This document shows positions 1 through 7,604 of a stretch of 64,000 bases of DNA, in pieces. Each line of letters starts with the position of its first letter. Position 1 is the stretch's first letter. Source of the DNA: an uncultured Chthoniobacteraceae bacterium (GTDB lineage Bacteria; Verrucomicrobiota; Verrucomicrobiia; Chthoniobacterales; DYNR01); contig CAZQRL010000002.1 in the NCBI GenBank assembly GCA_964595865.1, positions 85,605 to 149,604 of the forward strand, written 5' to 3'. A program made the position numbers and the translations under genes. The notes beneath the pieces were generated by a model. It worked only from the letters and a program-made list of their open reading frames with translations, was not told the origin of the DNA and made no database searches.

Positions 1-424
1 TCCCGGAGGCAGGGTTGAGGCTGCTGCCTCTTTTGGCGTGGGTCATCCAGGTGCGTCGGGCCCCAAAGGGCGGAGTGCCGGACTCCGCACGATCTTTGTA
101 AAACCTATACAACGTCCCGACCGCAGGGTTCTTGGGGTCGCCTTTGGGAGGATAGAATGTTGTGGCTGGAAAAGTCACCGCCTGGTCTTTGCCAGCATAT
201 TCCTGGAGCTGGCCCAGGGCCACTTCCAACCCGAAGAGAGCATTTTGACGGGCAAGGCTCAGATCTTTGGAACTGGCACTGGAACGAGTCTCAACGTGCA
301 GAACGCTGGAAAGAGAGAGCACCAGCACGAGCAGCATGGCCAGAATGGCCAAGACAACTACCAAGGCAAACCCAGCTGACTGAGGGGACGGCTGGTTGCG
401 GGGAGAACGGGGGAGAGGAGCCAT
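1..424 (-). CDS. Pseudopilin-like / GspK-like envelope protein, N-terminal part only (gene runs off the left edge of the window)
   Basis: Absent from the supplied ORF track because it has no stop inside the window. The reverse frame is open from ATG (424-422) to base 2, about 141 codons. Translation: MAPLPRSPRNQPSPQSAGFALVVVLAILAMLLVLVLSLSSVLHVETRSSASSKDLSLARQNALFGLEVALGQLQEYAGKDQ... It has a short polar leader, GFAL, then a long hydrophobic helix, as in minor pseudopilins/GspK-like proteins (no Glu at +5). Confidence 0.5.
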   Translation of the reverse strand, partial: MAPLPRSPRNQPSPQSAGFALVVVLAILAMLLVLVLSLSSVLHVETRSSASSKDLSLARQNALFGLEVALGQLQEYAGKDQAVTFPATTFYPPKGDPKNPAVGTLYRFYKDRAESGTPPFGARRTWMTHAKRGSSLNPASG

Positions 425-591
425 CGGAGGGAAGAAAAATGTAAATACACCGTATACATACCTCATGCGGTAAAAGTCCGCAAATCCGCCCGCGACAAAA
501 CCGTTGAGCAACGCTCTTTGGACAAGCCGCCCCTGATACATCAATAAGCGTTTGGCAGTGCGGACGACCTAGCCCGCGGTCCCGCATAAGC

Positions 592-1074
592 TCAGGGGAG
601 TTGAGAAGGTTGGAGCGCGGCGGCACGGAAGCGGATTTCGCGGCGGCCATCCGGCAGCGGTTGAAGGAATACTTGTTGCGTTCGCGGAGGAAAGACCTCG
701 GGAAATTTTTCTCCCCACTCCACCACCACTGGACCACTGGCGAGATAATCTTCCCAGCCCAAGGCCCAGACCTCCGCCACCGTCTCCAAGCGATAAAAAT
801 CGAAATGAAAGAAGGGGCCAGAGGGGCCCTGATATTCTTGCACGATGGGGAAGGTTGGGCTGGCCACTTCATCTGGGTAGCCTAGAGCCCGGGCTAATCC
901 GCGCACAAATTCCGTCTTGCCCGCGCCGAGTGGACCGGTGAGCACCACCATTGGCTGAAACAAGCCGGCGGAACGAAAAAAACCCCATAATTCTTCCGCC
1001 ACGGCGTGGGTCTCGGCGGGAGAGTGGACTGTCCAGATCCGTTCCGCCGACTCAGCCCGAAAAGCTTCCGCCAT
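592..1074 (-). CDS. tsaE: tRNA threonylcarbamoyladenosine (t6A) biosynthesis ATPase TsaE
   Basis: P-loop GPLGAGKTEFVRGLARALG plus SPTFPIVQEY and HFDFYRL motifs typical of TsaE/YjeE. ATG at 1074 overlaps the upstream stop by 1 nt (TGATG). The track ORF extends to 1128, but that would overlap the upstream gene by 55 nt. Confidence 0.85.
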   Translation of the reverse strand: MAEAFRAESAERIWTVHSPAETHAVAEELWGFFRSAGLFQPMVVLTGPLGAGKTEFVRGLARALGYPDEVASPTFPIVQEYQGPSGPFFHFDFYRLETVAEVWALGWEDYLASGPVVVEWGEKFPEVFPPRTQQVFLQPLPDGRREIRFRAAALQPSQLP

Positions 1075-2066
1075 CACGAGCGCGGAGTGGGCTCTGGCTT
1101 GGCCGACTGCCGTTTTTGAAAGGGCCACAAATTCAACCCGCCTTTTTTCTGTGGGGTGGGCGTAGGAACCGGTCGGGTTGCCCCTGGGGTGCCCGGAAGA
1201 GGAACCGGACGTTCGGAAAGGGCCGGAGGAGGGGGTTCGGACTCCGCGACCGTGGGATCGAAAATTGCCCCGCCCACGACCATCACTCGGCCATCGGGCG
1301 TGCGCTCCAGCAAGGGCTTGGTTTTGGCCGGAGTGAAAGCTTTGCGGTCGAGGATCTCTCCATTAAGCCCGATATGGGAGTAGATATAGCTCTTCGGAGC
1401 CCGCAAATGCAGCACATGCACCTGATTGTTGCGGTCTAGCAGCACCTGTGGCTCGTCGTAGGTGAGAAACGTCCCCAGGCGGTGCGTGGCAAAGACCTTT
1501 CCGCGTTCGGAATCCATGATGCGTAGGTAGAGCGCCGTCGAGGCGGGTAGCCGATGAGTCAGGAGGAAGAGCTGTCGGGTCGTGCCGTCATCCGGGTGCC
1601 CGACGACCTGTTGCCAGACCACGCGCCCCTCGGTCATTTCAATCCGCTGCGGGCGTGAACTGTAGTAGCGCCCGGTACCATCCCGCACCGTGGCTTGGAT
1701 ATTGTAAGTTCCATAGTCATCCAGCCCGTAGAGTGGCGTGAGATTTATTTGTCGGCGCAGGGTGGTTCCGGCTTCGAGGACCACCGGATCTTTGGCGTAA
1801 TCCGGGGAGCGCGGCGGGATCGGTCTTCCATCTTTCATTTGGATGGTGAAACCGAACCAAGGCAACCCGTTGCGATCCTCGAGAAATACGGTTTGCCCGC
1901 TAAAGTTGGTAATCGAGACCGTGGCCAGAATGGGCTCGTAGCGGATAAACAAGTTGCGCTTGATCTCCAGGTCCACTTGCAGTTGCGCCTGGAGGGTGCC
2001 GGGCAGCAGCGCACCGAGCCCAAGCCCGGCGAGCAGAACCAGGAGCCGCCTTGGTCGGGGACTCAT
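1074..2066 (-). CDS. Secreted hypothetical protein (signal peptide, beta-rich body, Pro-rich basic tail)
   Basis: The N-terminus MSPRPRRLLVLLAGLGLGALLPGTLQAQ looks like a Sec signal peptide. ATGA start/stop overlap with the upstream gene. The last ~60 aa are Pro/Thr/Lys-rich. No family recognised by eye. Confidence 0.7.
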   Translation of the reverse strand: MSPRPRRLLVLLAGLGLGALLPGTLQAQLQVDLEIKRNLFIRYEPILATVSITNFSGQTVFLEDRNGLPWFGFTIQMKDGRPIPPRSPDYAKDPVVLEAGTTLRRQINLTPLYGLDDYGTYNIQATVRDGTGRYYSSRPQRIEMTEGRVVWQQVVGHPDDGTTRQLFLLTHRLPASTALYLRIMDSERGKVFATHRLGTFLTYDEPQVLLDRNNQVHVLHLRAPKSYIYSHIGLNGEILDRKAFTPAKTKPLLERTPDGRVMVVGGAIFDPTVAESEPPPPALSERPVPLPGTPGATRPVPTPTPQKKGGLNLWPFQKRQSAKPEPTPRS

Positions 2067-4468
2067 TTGTCTTTGCTCGGCGGGGTATCCGAGGCGGTAC
2101 GGAAGCCGAGCACCATGTCGTTCTGCTCGGCCATGCGCACGGTGAGGCGGCGAGTGAGCCGATAGTCGGGATTTTGCCAGTTGCCCCCACGAATCACCGG
2201 CACTTTCAACCCACCCAGCTCGGGACTTTCAGCCCAAGAATCGGTCCACTCGGACACATTCCCCGCCATCCCCATGACGCCAAAAGGACTTTTATCGCCC
2301 TTCATGGCGTCCACTGGCGACCAGCGTTTCCAACCATCAATGTGGCCACCTTTCTCCGGATTCGGATCGAAATCCGCCCCGCTGTTGACGCGTTTGTTGT
2401 CGGGTTCGTTGCCCCAGGGGAAGAGATTGCCAGCAGTGCCGCGGGCGGCCTTTTCCCATTCTTGCTCCGTGGGCAACCGACGACCTTTCCATTTGGCGTA
2501 GGCGTAGGCATCGTAAAAATCCACTCCGAAAACTGGCGAATCAAGATTCAGAGGGGCACCTTTGTATTTTCCCCAACGTTTGGCGCGGGTGTAATAGCCG
2601 GGCATCGGGCCCATGTTGAGCTTCTGGTCCGCCCAGTCATTCGGCAGGTAGTTTTTGCCTGAGGGGGCTTCGGGGTGGGCCACGGTGGAGATTTTATCCG
2701 GGTTATCCTGAATCCATTGCAGGAACTCCGCGTATTGCCCGATGGTCACTGGATGCTCATCAATCCAAAACTCCGGCAGGGTGACCTTTTGGCCATCCTG
2801 ATAAATGAACTCCCCGGCGGGAATGCGGATCATAGTATCGAAATTCCGGTAGGAGGACCCCCGCAGGAACATAGCCCAGTAGATCGTGTAAAGGGCCACG
2901 GCTAGCAGCGTCAGCGAAACCAGGCCGTTGATGATGAGGGAGCGCTTTTGCTTTTTCTTGGACTCCTCAAGCGCTTTAATCGCCGCGCGTTCACGAGCGT
3001 CGAGCTTGTAGGCATCGGCCACTTGGACCTTGGGCGTAATGGCACTGACAGCGGAGGAGAGCGGAGCCCATTTGAGCAACGCCGGATCACCGGCCTGCAT
3101 GCGGGCAAGCAGTTCCCGCAGGCCGGGAACCGTGCCGTCGGACTGCGGTGGCAGGGCTTGTTGCAAAGCCGCCGCCAGAGCCTTCATGTCTTCGGCAGGA
3201 GTGGAGGCCGGGTTGGGCTCGAGAGCCGCAATATTCGCCAGGCGAATCTTGTTTTCTCCGGCGAAGAGGATGGTGTTCGGGGTCAGCGGCTGGTGCAGGA
3301 TGTTGGCTTTGGCCAGCTCCGCCAGCCCGGAAGAAACGATTTTGAGGATGTTGAAGGCGGCTTTCTCAGAAATCTGCTGCCCCTGCTGCAAAAGCTGCTG
3401 CAAGGTCGAGGCGCGGAAATATTCGCAGGAGTAAAAATACACCCCGGCATCCTGACCGGCTTCATACACTGTGAGCATGGTCGGAAGCTTCACGTTGGCC
3501 TTGACACTGGCGTTGGTCACAAACCGCTGCACGGCCTCCGGATCAGCGGAGAGCTCCCGGGAGAGGATATAAAGCCGCACCGAGCGAGACATGGAGGTCT
3601 GCGTGGCCCGGTAGATTCCTCCGGTGGTCGTCTCGCCGACCTTAGCTTCGACGGAATAGGCGCCCAGCGTCTTGCCGACAAACTCATCGGGAGGCAACTC
3701 CGTCTCCGCGGGGCCGGAGGTCTCGGGGGCGACCGTGACTGAGGGTTGGGCGGCGGGTGCGGTCGCTGCCCTGACGGGTTGGGCAGCACCCTTGACGGGC
3801 GCAGCGACCGAGGCGGCAGCAGGCTTGGGCAAAGCTGACTGCTGGGCGGCCACCCCAGCGACTGCGGGCTTTGGCACGGAAGCGGCGGCAACCCGAGGCA
3901 CAGCAGCTTTGGCGGCCGGAGCCGGACCGGTCACCGCGACTTTTGCCGCCGGAGTCGGCGTCCCTGCGGCGGGCCGCGGCGCCGGAGTAGCTGCCGGGGC
4001 AGGTGTGGGAGCGGCGGACTGCGGCATCGGAGTCGCCACCGGGGCAGCCTTGGGAGTGGGCACGGCGGCTGCCGCAGCTTTGGGCACCGCCACCGGAGTT
4101 GCCACTGGTTTGGGTGCGGGTAGCAGTTGTTCAACAATTCCGCGCAGACGCCCGGTCTCCAGCGGCTTCGGCACCAAAGGACACCCCACCATGCGATCCG
4201 CGTAATCGCTCAGATCATATTCGGAGAGGAAAACGCTTTGCAGCTGCGGGAACTGCGGCAAGAGGGATTCTCGCAGGCTGAATCCATCTTCTTCGGCCAT
4301 GACTACATCACTGATGAGGAGGTCTAAACCACCCAGCGCGGCAATTTTTTGCCGGGCCTCAGCAGCAGAAGAAGCAGTCTCGATTTTCCAATCCGGTCTT
4401 CCGGCCAAGGCGTTCTGGAGCTCGTGGAGAATTCCGGGTTCGTCGTCAACTAGGAGGATGGTGGCCAT
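2063..4468 (-). CDS. Receiver domain - Pro/Ala linker - degenerate Ser/Thr-kinase-like domain - TM helix - FGE-sulfatase (SUMF1)-like ectodomain protein
   Basis: REC motifs are LLVDDEP, LLISDVVM and PLVPKP. The kinase-like stretch is FVGKTLGAYSVEAKVGETTTGGIYRA...VRLYIL...ILHQPLTPNTILF...RLANIA. The TM helix is LIINGLVSLTLLAVALYTIYWAMFL. FGE-like motifs are WIDEHPVT, RLPTEQEWEKAARG, RGGNW and LGFRTA. ATG at 4468 (MATILLVDDEP). The track start at 4480 is a TTG that would give a TTGA overlap with the upstream stop, so either start is possible. Confidence 0.85.
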   Translation of the reverse strand: MATILLVDDEPGILHELQNALAGRPDWKIETASSAAEARQKIAALGGLDLLISDVVMAEEDGFSLRESLLPQFPQLQSVFLSEYDLSDYADRMVGCPLVPKPLETGRLRGIVEQLLPAPKPVATPVAVPKAAAAAVPTPKAAPVATPMPQSAAPTPAPAATPAPRPAAGTPTPAAKVAVTGPAPAAKAAVPRVAAASVPKPAVAGVAAQQSALPKPAAASVAAPVKGAAQPVRAATAPAAQPSVTVAPETSGPAETELPPDEFVGKTLGAYSVEAKVGETTTGGIYRATQTSMSRSVRLYILSRELSADPEAVQRFVTNASVKANVKLPTMLTVYEAGQDAGVYFYSCEYFRASTLQQLLQQGQQISEKAAFNILKIVSSGLAELAKANILHQPLTPNTILFAGENKIRLANIAALEPNPASTPAEDMKALAAALQQALPPQSDGTVPGLRELLARMQAGDPALLKWAPLSSAVSAITPKVQVADAYKLDARERAAIKALEESKKKQKRSLIINGLVSLTLLAVALYTIYWAMFLRGSSYRNFDTMIRIPAGEFIYQDGQKVTLPEFWIDEHPVTIGQYAEFLQWIQDNPDKISTVAHPEAPSGKNYLPNDWADQKLNMGPMPGYYTRAKRWGKYKGAPLNLDSPVFGVDFYDAYAYAKWKGRRLPTEQEWEKAARGTAGNLFPWGNEPDNKRVNSGADFDPNPEKGGHIDGWKRWSPVDAMKGDKSPFGVMGMAGNVSEWTDSWAESPELGGLKVPVIRGGNWQNPDYRLTRRLTVRMAEQNDMVLGFRTASDTPPSKDK
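3695..4120 (-). repeat. Low-complexity Pro/Ala/Val/Lys-rich linker-coding region (about 140 aa) inside the REC-pseudokinase gene
   Basis: Residues ~121-262: PAPKPVATPVAVPKAAAAAVPTPKAAPVATPMPQSAAPTPAPAATPAPRPAAGTPTPAAKVAVTGPAPAAKAAV... The DNA is GCN/CCN-rich and generates several spurious ORFs on both strands. Confidence 0.7.
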
Positions 4469-4476
4469 GGAAGGGA

Positions 4477-5505
4477 TCAAGGTTGGAGGAAGAGGTCCGG
4501 GGGAAATTGTTGGTCGAGCTCTCCGGGCACGGCCCGGGTATCCTGCAATTCATCGCGGTGATAGATTGCGACGATGTAGCCGTGGAGCTTATTATTCTCC
4601 CCACTCTTTCGCGTGACGACAAAGTCTATGATTTCTGGTTCGTTATCCGCCCAATCCACCGGAGGGCTGATCCATTGCGAGCGCACCGGAGACTCTGTGG
4701 GCAGGATTTCCCCGTCCTCGTTGCGCTCAAAAAAACTTACCAAAACCTTGACGTCGTTGCTGGCAATGGTGACCCCGGGGCGGCCTTTGATGGCCACGCG
4801 CAAGGTCATGGTGTCTGGATCTCCTTCGAGCTCCCGAGAGTCCACAATACCCAGTGTCGCGCCTGGCTGGAGCCCGGTTTCCTCCACCACGGGAAGCTGG
4901 CTGGCCGTGGTCCCCGGCTCGTCAAGAAATTGCGTGGTGGCCGTAGCAGCAGGTGTGCGTTGGATGCCGCGAGCCTCCATGTTGGCGATGGTTTGCTCAA
5001 TCCAATCCGATAACCGCAGGGCCTCCTGACGAATCTCCGGATCAAGGCTGGGGGTTTTAAGCAAGTCGGAAAGCACCAACTGAGCTTCGTCTTCCCGGCC
5101 CAACCGCTCGAGAACAAAACCCTCTTGCAAAAGCAGCCGCGGTTCGTTTGGCAAAAGACGTCGCGCTTGTTGGATGGCCGCATAAGCCGCTTCCCAATCG
5201 CCCACCCGCGAAGCCCGGTCGGCCTCGGAGGAAAAATTCATCGCCTGTTGCATCACCAAGGGATCCACTGCAGGGGCCGGAGTTGCCGCTGCCACCGGAG
5301 TGGGAGCGGGCCGGAATGCCTCGGCGGGCGCTTCCTCCACCACCGGCGCCGGCTGAGAAGCCCGAACAATCATGGCCGGAACTACTTTCCAAATCACCGC
5401 CAGAATCTGCCCAGCGGCAATGATTCCGAGCACCCACAGGGCGATCGTGAAGGTCAGGCCGGGAGAGTTTACCGAGAGGGAAGCGGCTTTTTTCACAGTC
5501 GGCAA
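4477..5505 (-). CDS. Membrane-anchored hypothetical protein with TPR-like segment and C-terminal beta-rich domain
   Basis: One N-terminal TM helix (LTFTIALWVLGIIAAGQILAVIW). Then a Pro/Ala spacer and a TPR-like helical stretch (GDWEAAYAAIQQARRLLPNEPRLLLQEGFVLERLGREDEA). The C-terminal ~140 aa are of unknown fold. First gene of the 5505->592 operon. Confidence 0.7.
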   Translation of the reverse strand: MPTVKKAASLSVNSPGLTFTIALWVLGIIAAGQILAVIWKVVPAMIVRASQPAPVVEEAPAEAFRPAPTPVAAATPAPAVDPLVMQQAMNFSSEADRASRVGDWEAAYAAIQQARRLLPNEPRLLLQEGFVLERLGREDEAQLVLSDLLKTPSLDPEIRQEALRLSDWIEQTIANMEARGIQRTPAATATTQFLDEPGTTASQLPVVEETGLQPGATLGIVDSRELEGDPDTMTLRVAIKGRPGVTIASNDVKVLVSFFERNEDGEILPTESPVRSQWISPPVDWADNEPEIIDFVVTRKSGENNKLHGYIVAIYHRDELQDTRAVPGELDQQFPPDLFLQP

Positions 5506-5667
5506 ATAAAGGTTGGGGAGCCGGGGATGTCAATCTTGCCGCGTGAGCTGGCGCACAGGGTGGAAAGGCAAATCGCTGCCCATGATGCCAAGGGAGCCTC
5601 GCGTCGTCAGCCCGCGTCATTCACTTTGCCCTTGCCAAGAGATGCCGGGCGGGGTTGTTATTTTTTT

Positions 5668-5937
5668 ATGGTCGAGCTTGAAGTCTATGCTGCCGGATTG
5701 CGCACCCCGGAGAAAATGATGGCCCTGAATTTTGAGTTGGAATCTCTCGCGGATTGCCGCTGCAAAGTGGATACCAACCATGACATCGTTTACATGGAAT
5801 TTGGCGGCCCCCTCCCCTCTCTGAACGAAGTCGAGTCCATGTTCCGCAAAGCCGGGTTGGAACCCAAGTTTGTCGGCACCCTACCCGAGCAACTGCAAAG
5901 CAAAAAGAAAACCCAGCGACTCGACCTGTCGGCGTAA
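5668..5937 (+). CDS. Small hypothetical protein with HMA-like beta-alpha-beta-beta-alpha-beta pattern but no metal-binding cysteines
   Basis: MVELEVYAAGLRTPEKMMALNFELESLADCRCKVDTNHDIVYMEFGGPLPSLNEVESMFRKAGLEPKFVG... The ATG is preceded by a T-rich tract. The longer track ORF (from 5125) is antisense to the neighbouring gene. An alternative in-frame ATG lies at 5527. Confidence 0.5.
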   Translation: MVELEVYAAGLRTPEKMMALNFELESLADCRCKVDTNHDIVYMEFGGPLPSLNEVESMFRKAGLEPKFVGTLPEQLQSKKKTQRLDLSA

Positions 5938-6002
5938 CCCGCCGACTCTCGTTACTTTTAGGTCGGATCTCACCCCTCGCCGCACCGCTGCTTTATCGGA
6001 TT

Positions 6003-6797
6003 ATGGGGTTGTTGATTTGGTTGGGAAGGGTGCTGGTAACCGCGATGGACTATCTCGGCGAGCTTGTGCTGCTGGCCTTGGAAACCTTCCGCTCGGTTTT
6101 TGCCGGACGCATTCGCTGGAAGCTCGTCCTGGCCCAGCTTTTGGAGATTGGTTACCGCTCCCAGGCCGTAGTGATCGTTACCGGAGCTTTCACGGGAGCA
6201 GTTTTTACCGCGCAGACCTTCTTTCAGTTCGCCAATCTTAATATGGACTCCGCGGTTGGCCCCGTGGTCTCCGTGGCGATGTGCCGTGAGTTGGGCCCGG
6301 TCCTCACCGGCCTGATGGTGGCTGGACGCGTGGGCGCAGCGATGAGCGCGGAGTTGGGAACAATGAAGGTCACGCAGCAGATTGACGCCCTGCGCGCGCT
6401 GGCGGTGAGTCCCACGGATTACCTGGTCGTGCCGCGCACCTTGGCCATGATGGTGGCCATGCCCATTCTCGTGGCCGAAAGCATTTTTTTCGGCATCCTG
6501 GCGGGCTTCATCACAGCCACCGAAGTCCTCGGGGTCAATGCCGCCTACTACATCAGCAACATGTATCGCTTTACCGAGGGGAACGACATTCTCATGGGAT
6601 TGACGAAAGCCTTTGTCTTTGGGCTAATCATCGTCTTCATCAGTTGCCGCGAGGGTCTGCGGGCCAAGGATGGAGCCGTGGGGGTAGGTCGGGCCACCAC
6701 TGAGGCCGTGGTCATCGGCTCGCTCGCCGTTTTGGTGATCAACTTTTTCCTCACCATGGCCCTCAACATCCCCTTCCCCGCCGGCACCGATGAATAA
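6003..6797 (+). CDS. mlaE: MlaE/YrbE-family ABC transporter permease (phospholipid/lipid transport)
   Basis: A 264-aa polytopic protein with the typical MlaE layout (ETFRSVFAGRIRWKLVLAQLLEIGYRSQAVVIVTGAFTGAVFTAQ...). Followed by the cognate ATPase and an MCE protein. Confidence 0.85.
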   Translation: MGLLIWLGRVLVTAMDYLGELVLLALETFRSVFAGRIRWKLVLAQLLEIGYRSQAVVIVTGAFTGAVFTAQTFFQFANLNMDSAVGPVVSVAMCRELGPVLTGLMVAGRVGAAMSAELGTMKVTQQIDALRALAVSPTDYLVVPRTLAMMVAMPILVAESIFFGILAGFITATEVLGVNAAYYISNMYRFTEGNDILMGLTKAFVFGLIIVFISCREGLRAKDGAVGVGRATTEAVVIGSLAVLVINFFLTMALNIPFPAGTDE

Positions 6798-7572
6798 ACT
6801 CCCCCCCTGCGCCGGGAAGGCCGACGAACCTCTCATCCAGGTGCGCGGGCTGGTGCAAACCATCGGCGGGCAGGAAATCCTTCGGGGCTTGAATCTGAAA
6901 ATCCGCGCCGGAGAGACGCTTGTGCTCTTGGGAAAAAGCGGCGGCGGCAAGAGTGTCTTCCTGCGTCACCTCATCGGTCTCATGCGCCCACTGCAGGGGG
7001 AAATCTTCTTTGAAGGCACGGAAATTTCTCAACTCACAGAGCGCCAACTCGAGCCAGTGCGCAAAAAAATCGGAATGGTATTTCAGGATGGTGCCCTGTT
7101 TGATTCGATGCCGGTCTTTGACAACGTGGCTTTCCCCTTGCGGGAACGCGGCGAGCGCAATGAAACCATCGTGCAAGAAAAAGTGCGCGCATCGTTGGCT
7201 CTGGTCAATATGGTCGGCCACGAGCATAAAATGCCCGCGAATCTCAGCGGTGGGATGCGCAAACGCGTGGCCCTGGCCCGGGCGATTATTTCCCCGCCGG
7301 ATGTCATTCTCTACGACGAACCCACCGCAGGCTTGGACCCCATCGTCGCCGATAGCATCAATCGCCTCATCCGTTCCCTGCAAACGCGCCTCTGTGTGAC
7401 CTCCATTGTGGTCACGCACGACATGGTCAGCACGCGCCACATTGCCGACCGGGTAGCCCTCCTGCACGAAGGCAAAATTCATTTTCTTGGCACCGTGGCA
7501 GAACTCGAGCAGGCTACCGACCCAATCGTGCGCGACTTTATCGAAGGACGCTCCCACGAAGCGGACTTGTAA
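6790..7572 (+). CDS. mlaF: MlaF-type ABC transporter ATP-binding protein
   Basis: Walker A GKSGGGKS, ABC signature LSGGMRKRVALARA, Walker B ILYDEPTAGLD. 8-nt overlap with mlaE. Confidence 0.85.
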   Translation: MNKLPPCAGKADEPLIQVRGLVQTIGGQEILRGLNLKIRAGETLVLLGKSGGGKSVFLRHLIGLMRPLQGEIFFEGTEISQLTERQLEPVRKKIGMVFQDGALFDSMPVFDNVAFPLRERGERNETIVQEKVRASLALVNMVGHEHKMPANLSGGMRKRVALARAIISPPDVILYDEPTAGLDPIVADSINRLIRSLQTRLCVTSIVVTHDMVSTRHIADRVALLHEGKIHFLGTVAELEQATDPIVRDFIEGRSHEADL

Positions 7573-7604
7573 CCCACGACGATCTACCTCAATCTGCACC
7601 GCCC

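Noticed and set aside
38-872. Track ORFs 38..379 (+), 157..444 (+) and 291..872 (-)
   Set aside because: The first two are antisense to the open pseudopilin-like frame. The third spans the tsaE 3' end and the intergenic region, and its composition is not protein-like.
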